Assembly: GCA_963764165.1 (NCBI GenBank)
Contig: CAVXRD010000001.1
Coordinates: forward strand, 992,001-1,056,000
DNA length: 64,000 bases
Direction: 5' to 3'
Source of the DNA: an uncultured Verrucomicrobiae bacterium
Lineage (GTDB): Bacteria; Verrucomicrobiota; Verrucomicrobiia; Limisphaerales; Palsa-1400
The notes beneath the pieces are model-generated. The model was not told the DNA's origin. It worked only from the letters and a program-made list of their open reading frames with translations, and did not search any database. Position numbers and translations under genes: made by a program. Positions 57,731-64,000 of the stretch are shown one piece after another; within the stretch, counting starts at the first letter, position 1, and each line of letters opens with the position of its first letter.

Positions 57731-59269
57731 ATGCCACCAAAAGCCGCGACTAAAAAAGCCGCCCGGAAAAGCGCGAGAGCATTCGCGCCCAAAGAGGCCG
57801 CGCTTGCTCCGGACGACGCCGGCGCTTTGTTAGCCGCAAGCCGCTCCGCGTCCCAGCCTCCCTTGCCCGACTTTATCGCCCCGGAAACTCCGTCCACGCC
57901 GGCCCCGCCCTCGGAAATGAAGCTGGAGCCGCCGACCAGCGCCGTCGAGACCCGCGAGGAGCATGAGCCGGCCCCCGCTTCACCCTCCGCCCGCGATGGC
58001 GGCGGCGGCGGCACGGTGAACATCGCTGAATTGCAGGCGATGGCCATGCCCGAGCTGAACGCCAAGGCCCGCGGCATGGGCATCGAGAATTTCGGCACCA
58101 TGCGCAAGCATGAGCTGATTTTCCAAATCCTGCAGAAAAATGCCGAACGCGCCGGGGTTTTGTTCTCGGAAGGCGTGCTGGAGATTTTGCCGGAGGGATT
58201 CGGATTCCTGCGTTCGCGCAGTTTCAATTACCTCCCCTGCCCCGAGGATATTTACGTTTCGCCGTCGCAAATCCGCCGTTTTGATCTGCAGACCGGCAAT
58301 TTGATCGCCGGGCAGATTCGCCCGCCCAAGGACAAGGAGCGTTTTTTCGCGCTGCTGAAAGTCGAAGCGGTCGATACCGAGGAGCCGGATCGCGCCAAGG
58401 ACAAGACGCATTTCGACAACCTGACGCCGCTCTTTCCGACGAAGCGCTTTCTGCTGGAAACGGCGAACGACGAACTTTCGACCCGTGTGCTTGACTTGGT
58501 CTGCCCGATTGGGAAAGGGACGCGCGGATTGATCGTGGCCCCGCCCCGCACCGGCAAAACGGTGCTGATGCAGAAGCTGGCCAACGCCATTCTCAAGAAC
58601 AACCCGGAGGCGTATCTTTTCATTCTTCTTATTGACGAACGCCCCGAGGAAGTCACCGACATGGAACGCACCTGCCGCGGGGCCGAGGTGATCAGCTCGA
58701 CCTTTGACGAACCGCCGGAACGGCACGTCCAGGTGGCGGAAATGGTGATCGAGAAGGCCAAGCGGATGATCGAGCACAAGCGCGACGTCGTAATTTTGCT
58801 TGACTCAATCACGCGCCTGGCCCGCGCCTACAACACAATCCAGCCGCACTCCGGCAAGATCCTCTCCGGCGGCGTCGATGCCAACGCGCTGCACAAGCCG
58901 AAGCGATTCTTCGGCGCGGCGCGCAACATCGAGGAAGGCGGCTCGCTGACCATCATCGCCACGGCGCTGGTTGACACCGGATCGCGCATGGACGAAGTCA
59001 TTTTCGAGGAGTTCAAAGGCACTGGCAATATGGAAGTTCATCTTGACAGACATCTGGTGGACCGCCGCATTTTCCCGTCCATCAACGTTGAGGTTTCCGG
59101 CACGCGCAAGGAGGAGCTCCTCTACCATCCTGACGAATACAACAAGGTCGTCATTCTGCGCCGCGCCCTCACGGGCGTGCCGCCGGTGGAAGCGATGGAA
59201 TTGCTGCTCGGCAAATTGAAAAAAACCCGCAGCAACATCGAATTCCTGCTCGGCATGGCCGTCGGCTGA
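57731..59269 (+). CDS. rho: transcription termination factor Rho, with N-terminal low-complexity extension
   Basis: [56 protein letters not shown]. Confidence 0.98.
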   Translation: MPPKAATKKAARKSARAFAPKEAALAPDDAGALLAASRSASQPPLPDFIAPETPSTPAPPSEMKLEPPTSAVETREEHEPAPASPSARDGGGGGTVNIAELQAMAMPELNAKARGMGIENFGTMRKHELIFQILQKNAERAGVLFSEGVLEILPEGFGFLRSRSFNYLPCPEDIYVSPSQIRRFDLQTGNLIAGQIRPPKDKERFFALLKVEAVDTEEPDRAKDKTHFDNLTPLFPTKRFLLETANDELSTRVLDLVCPIGKGTRGLIVAPPRTGKTVLMQKLANAILKNNPEAYLFILLIDERPEEVTDMERTCRGAEVISSTFDEPPERHVQVAEMVIEKAKRMIEHKRDVVILLDSITRLARAYNTIQPHSGKILSGGVDANALHKPKRFFGAARNIEEGGSLTIIATALVDTGSRMDEVIFEEFKGTGNMEVHLDRHLVDRRIFPSINVEVSGTRKEELLYHPDEYNKVVILRRALTGVPPVEAMELLLGKLKKTRSNIEFLLGMAVG

Positions 59270-59369
59270 GGCAAGGCGGGAAGGCGCGCGGGCAAGGCGC
59301 CCTTAAACGGGTGCGTCAGTGCTTTTTCCCGCCGAACCGGGCGCCCCGGCGAGGCGGCCCTGGCCCGCT

Positions 59370-60662
59370 TCACTCCGGCAGCGGCTGTCCTTTGGTCTCT
59401 GGCATCAGCCAGATAATCAGCAAGCCGAACGGGAACAAGCATCCAAGCAGCGTCACCGCGGTTCGAAGATCCGTTTCCGTTTTCAGCCAGGCGGAAAACA
59501 CCAGCACGAGCGCCGACAAAATTCGCCCGCCGTTGAAACAAAATCCGGTTCCGGTGGCGCGCAGATGCGTCGGAAAAAGCTCCGGAAAATAGACGGCATA
59601 GCCCGAGTGAATTCCACCCGTAAAAAATCCCAGCAGCGGGAGCACCCAAAGCAGTTGGGAATACGAATGCGGCAGATAACACGCCACCGGCACGATCACG
59701 AACGCTGCGGCGTGCATAAACGCAAAGGCGCGCCGCCTGCCCAGCCGCACGCAAAGCGGCCCCATGCAAACAAGGCCCGCTCCCATTCCCACAATCTCGA
59801 CAAAGCCATAGGCGAACTTGGCCTTCTCCGCGGCAATGTTCGCGGCCACGCCTTCGCGCAGCAAAAATTCCCGCGCCAAATCCTGGCCGGCGACGGTCAC
59901 GCCCCAAAACGTGCCAAGGCCAACCGTCGCCAGCAGCATCCCAAGCAGCGCGCGTTTTCGCCAGCGCGGCTCTCCCAGCAAATCCCGGAAACGGCCCAAT
60001 TTGGGGCCGGTGGCGGCGGCGGCTTTCTCGCCCGCTTCGCGCCAATTCTCCGGCTCCTTGATTTTCGCGAGCACCCAAAAAACGAGAACCGCAGGCACAA
60101 CCGCGATCAAATAGACAAGCCGCCAATTCGCGCCCGCGGCCAAACCGGCCAGCGCCGCCGCCCAGATTCCGATCACGCTCGAGGCGTGGAAAATCCCCGA
60201 GGCTTGCGCCCGCGCTTCGCTCGGAAAAACTTCCGCCACCATGCTGGCCGCGACGGCCCACTCGCCGCCGACTCCCACCGCCACCAAAAATCTCGCCAGC
60301 CCCACGTGCCACAGCGAGTGCGCGAAATACATCCAGCCGGAAAAAATCGAATACACCAGAATGCTGACCGCCATCATTGGGCGGCGGCCCCATCGATCCG
60401 CCAGCGAGCCAAACAGCATTCCGCCAAACGTTCCGCCGATCAGGAAGACGGCCAAAAACAAATCGCCGTAATGTTTGATGGCCAGATCGGTCGCGTTCGG
60501 TTTCAGAATGTCGGCCAGAAGCTGGCCGCGGGTGACATTGAAGATTTGCCCCTCGAACGCGTCGAAAATCCACCCTGCCGACGCGATGACCAAAACCAGC
60601 CATTGATAGCCGGTCACGCGCGCGTACCACTTGGGATTAACCGATCCTGAAATGCGATCCAT
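59370..60662 (-). CDS. MFS transporter
   Basis: GWIFD, G.LADRWGRR motif A, GVGGEW, ELFPTHLRATG. Confidence 0.93.
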   Translation of the reverse strand: MDRISGSVNPKWYARVTGYQWLVLVIASAGWIFDAFEGQIFNVTRGQLLADILKPNATDLAIKHYGDLFLAVFLIGGTFGGMLFGSLADRWGRRPMMAVSILVYSIFSGWMYFAHSLWHVGLARFLVAVGVGGEWAVAASMVAEVFPSEARAQASGIFHASSVIGIWAAALAGLAAGANWRLVYLIAVVPAVLVFWVLAKIKEPENWREAGEKAAAATGPKLGRFRDLLGEPRWRKRALLGMLLATVGLGTFWGVTVAGQDLAREFLLREGVAANIAAEKAKFAYGFVEIVGMGAGLVCMGPLCVRLGRRRAFAFMHAAAFVIVPVACYLPHSYSQLLWVLPLLGFFTGGIHSGYAVYFPELFPTHLRATGTGFCFNGGRILSALVLVFSAWLKTETDLRTAVTLLGCLFPFGLLIIWLMPETKGQPLPE

Positions 60663-60717
60663 GCAAGGGATGTTGCATTTTCGCGAAGATACCTTCAAAT
60701 TGAAATGACATTCCATT

Positions 60718-61605
60718 ATGAAATCGTCTATTAGCCGCCGTTCGCTTCTGGCCGGTCTTGGAGCAGGCGCAGCCGCGTTGTCCGGGCTTTCGGCGCTGGC
60801 CAAATCGCCCGAGAGCGAATCGCTCCATCGCATCAAAAATGGCCGCATCCGCCAATCGGTCGTGTTGTGGTGTTTCGACCCGATGCCGGTCGAGGAACTC
60901 GCGACCCATGCCAAAGAGCTGGGGCTGCAATCGGTGGAGTTGGTCGCGCCCGAGCATTGGCCCAAGTTGAAACAGCTTGGCCTGAGTTGCGCCATCGCGC
61001 CGAGCCACGGCTTTGCGAAAGGTTTTGCCCACCGGGAGGAGCACGCGGAGTGCCTCGCGATTCTGCGCCAGCGCATCGACCAGTGCGCCGAAGCCGGGTT
61101 TCCAAGCGTGATCACGTTTTCCGGTTTCCGCCGCGGCCTCACCGATGAAGAGGGCCTGCGAAACATGGAGGAGGGGTTGAAACAGATTCTCCCCTACGCC
61201 GAACAAAAACGGGTCACGCTTTGCCTGGAGGTTCTGAATTCCCGCGTCGCAATTCCCATGCGCGGCCACCCGGATTATTTTTGCGACCGCCTGGAGCCCG
61301 CCGTCAATCTCTGCAAAAAGCTTGGCTCGGAGCGGATGAAAATTCTTTTTGACGTCTACCACATCCAGATCATGGAAGGCGATTTGATCCGCCGCATCCA
61401 GGAATCGCATCCCTACGTCGCCCATTATCACACCGCTGGAAATCCGGGGCGCAACGAGATCGACGCGGCGCAGGAAATCAACTATCCAGCGGTGATGAAG
61501 GCGATTTTGGACACCGGATATCAGGGATTCGTTGGCCAGGAATTCGTCCCCACCCGCGACAAGATCGCCTCGCTCAGCGAAGCGGCGCGCATCTGCGACG
61601 TGTAG
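60718..61605 (+). CDS. Tat-exported hydroxypyruvate isomerase-like TIM-barrel protein
   Basis: SRRSLL twin-arginine signal; LEVLNS, FDVYHIQIMEGD, HYHTAGNPGRNE, EINY. Confidence 0.9.
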   Translation: MKSSISRRSLLAGLGAGAAALSGLSALAKSPESESLHRIKNGRIRQSVVLWCFDPMPVEELATHAKELGLQSVELVAPEHWPKLKQLGLSCAIAPSHGFAKGFAHREEHAECLAILRQRIDQCAEAGFPSVITFSGFRRGLTDEEGLRNMEEGLKQILPYAEQKRVTLCLEVLNSRVAIPMRGHPDYFCDRLEPAVNLCKKLGSERMKILFDVYHIQIMEGDLIRRIQESHPYVAHYHTAGNPGRNEIDAAQEINYPAVMKAILDTGYQGFVGQEFVPTRDKIASLSEAARICDV

Positions 61606-61613
61606 AGAGGACT

Positions 61614-61803
61614 AGGCGTCCAGGGTGAGAATTCCCCAAGACGAAATTTTCGGGCATTGAACCCATGCCTTGCTTAGTCTTTGCCCCCGTCTCCGCCGGA
61701 GCGCGGCTGTGTCGAAGACCAGCCGCAGCCGCGTGGAATTGACCGGCGCGCCCGGCGCTGCGGCGCGCTGCGGCTGGTCTTCGACACAGCCGCGCTCCGG
61801 CGG
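61614..61803. repeat. simpler relative of the nested REP structure (A-tail, D, C|C')
   Basis: 61614-61683 aligns with 32524-32624 except for a 33-nt block; REP C arms at 61693-61729 and 61767-61803. Confidence 0.88.
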
Positions 61804-61916
61804 GGCTGCTTGCGGTTTCGCCCATTTGCCGCGTTTCGTCGGTTATTTCTGAGAAACTGAATTCCATTTCCTTTCGTGCTTGACGTTCCCGTCATTGGTG
61901 TTTGGATATGGACGAC

Positions 61917-62309
61917 ATGAGAATCAAAGTTTTATTTTCGCTCGCTCTTTCAACGATGGTGGTGCTTGGCTCCGGATGCGTCAGCCATCCGGACGGACAC
62001 AGCTCCCCTGGCGTCCCGGTAACCAAAGACACGATCCCCAGCAAGTATGAAAAACCTCTCTCCGCCGTCGTCAATGCCACGCGCGAGGTCCTTCAGCGCA
62101 ACGGCAAATTGCTTGTCGACAACGTGGTTGACCATACCTTTCAGGCCAAGGTGAATCAGAAAAACGTCTGGGTGAAAGTGAAGGATTTGGACGGCAAGAT
62201 CACTGAAGTGGACGTTCAAGCCCGAGGCGCGATGGCGGGAGATATTGAGCTCGCGGCCGAGCTTTCCAAGCAAATTGGAATGTTGCTGGTCGTTCAGACG
62301 ACTCAATAA
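61917..62309 (+). CDS. DUF3568-like lipoprotein
   Basis: GSGC lipobox; KYE.P...V..A; TEV.V..R....GD...A; alternative start 61908. Confidence 0.65.
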   Translation: MRIKVLFSLALSTMVVLGSGCVSHPDGHSSPGVPVTKDTIPSKYEKPLSAVVNATREVLQRNGKLLVDNVVDHTFQAKVNQKNVWVKVKDLDGKITEVDVQARGAMAGDIELAAELSKQIGMLLVVQTTQ

Positions 62310-62555
62310 TCGCCGGCGTTTATTACATTCCGCGGCAACGGCACGCCGGCTGGAAACCAGCCGATACGGGCGAGGGAATTTTTCACATCACTTCGGTTTT
62401 TCCTCCGTCGCGCGGCGGCAAGCATCCACATTCAAAGGCAAGTGAGGCCGCTGCCTTGCTTTTCTTCGTGCCCGCTGCGCCCTTGTTGTTCAAACGTGTT
62501 TTTCACAACAAAGACACGAAGGACGCGAAGAAATTTGCCTCACATCTGGCCACGC

Positions 62556-62753
62556 TTATTCCACGTGGAAGCATCCCTGGGCTTTCTTGCTTTGAGTCTC
62601 GGTCGCCTTTTTCAAACATGCGGGGCAAAGGCAATCGATGCCCGCCTCGACCCTGCGCAACGCAGGCAGGCTGGCGCACCAACAATCCGCAGAGTTGAGG
62701 CATTCAAACCGCTCTCCGCAGCGTGGACAGATTTTTTCTTTCGACTGGCTCAT
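62556..62753 (-). CDS. cysteine-rich CWC family protein
   Basis: K.CPRCG..F.C.....CWC...P...DCLCP.CL. Confidence 0.85.
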   Translation of the reverse strand: MSQSKEKICPRCGERFECLNSADCWCASLPALRRVEAGIDCLCPACLKKATETQSKKAQGCFHVE

Positions 62754-62828
62754 CGTGCCCTTCCATTTCGCACGCGCCCGGACGCCTCGGCCCGCCTTCG
62801 CTCAAGCTTCGGCGCGGCAAACAACGCG

Positions 62829-64000
62829 TTACCTTGGCGACTTGTAGTCTTTGATTTCCTTTTCCAAGGCTGCGGCAAGCGTCTCCATTTGTCCATTCCT
62901 GGCCAAGGCGAGCGCCTTTTGCGCGACTTCGGCGGCACGATTGAAATCCCCGTTTCCAGCGTGGGAAATGGCGAGCGAGCGCAGGACATTGGGATTGCGT
63001 TCGCCGCTCAATTTCGCCGCTTGCTGAAAACACGCAACCGCCTCCGCCCAGCGATTCTGCGCCTGAAACCCCTGGCCGATGCTCGCCCATTGCATCAGCG
63101 GATCGGGAGGAAGCGCGGTGGTCGCGGCAAAGCATTGCAGCGCGCCTTCGGCATCGCCTGCCAATAACAAGGCTCGCCCAAGATTGTTTCGCGCGCCGGT
63201 GTCGTTTGGATCCAGTTCCACGGCGGTGCGGAAATGAACGGCGGCTTCGGCGTCATTGCCCGTTTTCAGAAGCCGATTTCCCAAATTGAAATGCGCAGTC
63301 TCGTCCCCTGGCTGAAGCTCGACCGCTTTTCTATACTCGGCGATGGCGCCGGCGTCGTCGCCTTTGATGCCGAGGGCTTTTCCGAGATTGTTGTGATAAT
63401 CGGAGTTATTCGGTGCGATTTCAGACGCTTCGCGAAATTGGGCGATGGCCGCATCCACCTGATGACGCGCGAGCATGACGTTTCCGATATTAGCGTGCGT
63501 GTCGGCAAATTTCGGCTCAACCTTGAGGGCGCGCTCGAACAGGGCCAGCGCATTGGCCGTATCCCCTTTCATGCCGTAAACGTTGCCCAGAGCGTTCATG
63601 GTGCGAAAATTCTCCGGCTCGGCATCGAGAGCCTTTTGATATTCCGCAATCGCGCCATCAAGATTTCCGCCAAGCCGAAGCAAATCGGCAAAATTCTGGT
63701 GGGCGATGTAGTTGTCCGGAATAATGGCAAGCGTATGCGTCCAAAGCGCCTTCCCATCGCGCCAGCAGGCCGTTTGGCCATGCGCGCAAATTGAGAGCGT
63801 CATTACTACACCCGCCGTTATCGCGGCGGAGGCAATCTTTGGAATCCGCCAGCGTTCAACCAGGTCCGCCACGCCCCACGTCACGGCGAGGGCCAAACCA
63901 ATTCCCGGCAAGTAAGTGTAGCGATCCGCGCGCGAATAATACGAAATCTGCACCAACCCGCTGACGGGCACGAGCATGCCTAGAAACCAGAGCCATCCCA
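62829..64000 (-). CDS. membrane TPR-repeat protein (TMTC-like), 5' end outside window
   Basis: LVPVSGLVQ, ADRYTYLP.IG, W.D...LW...L, then tandem TPRs. Confidence 0.85.
   Translation of the reverse strand, partial: GWLWFLGMLVPVSGLVQISYYSRADRYTYLPGIGLALAVTWGVADLVERWRIPKIASAAITAGVVMTLSICAHGQTACWRDGKALWTHTLAIIPDNYIAHQNFADLLRLGGNLDGAIAEYQKALDAEPENFRTMNALGNVYGMKGDTANALALFERALKVEPKFADTHANIGNVMLARHQVDAAIAQFREASEIAPNNSDYHNNLGKALGIKGDDAGAIAEYRKAVELQPGDETAHFNLGNRLLKTGNDAEAAVHFRTAVELDPNDTGARNNLGRALLLAGDAEGALQCFAATTALPPDPLMQWASIGQGFQAQNRWAEAVACFQQAAKLSGERNPNVLRSLAISHAGNGDFNRAAEVAQKALALARNGQMETLAAALEKEIKDYKSPR

Overview
64 kb of GC-rich bacterial chromosome. Gene content (TIGR03790 protein, PTPase-RpiB-GlyA fusion, long topoisomerase III, N/T/S-rich secreted proteins) suggests Verrucomicrobiota, probably a Pedosphaera-like lineage; this is an inference. 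The backbone is housekeeping: ilvB with an attenuator leader peptide, trpC, prfB with its programmed +1 frameshift, kdsD, purD, purC, pyrF, xerD, topB, glyA fusion, rho, and a partial T2SS/T4P operon (gspE, frameshifted gspL-like, gspM/pilO-like, gspD). Three things stand out. (1) A layered system of palindromic repeats: several GTAG/GCAG-type REP families in inverted doublets; a RAYT (TnpA-REP) 3' remnant between two REP arms; a ~530 bp nested 'Russian doll' of different REP families between purC and xerD; and an IS1182-family element plus a 140 bp MITE with the same ends, both inserted at the centre of the same REP palindrome. (2) An accessory region (~41.5-55.1 kb) with an IS-disrupted orphan lipoprotein, a minor-pilin-like operon ending in a membrane-anchored DUF4357 protein, and a divergent 1757 aa secreted LamG/FN3/alpha-beta-hydrolase protein followed by a membrane-anchored partner (candidate toxin-immunity pair) and an XRE regulator. 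(3) A conserved non-coding cassette (10-bp VNTR, boxA-like motif, back-to-back sigma70 promoters) found twice, upstream of two unrelated secreted-protein genes. No rRNA, tRNA or CRISPR array was seen.
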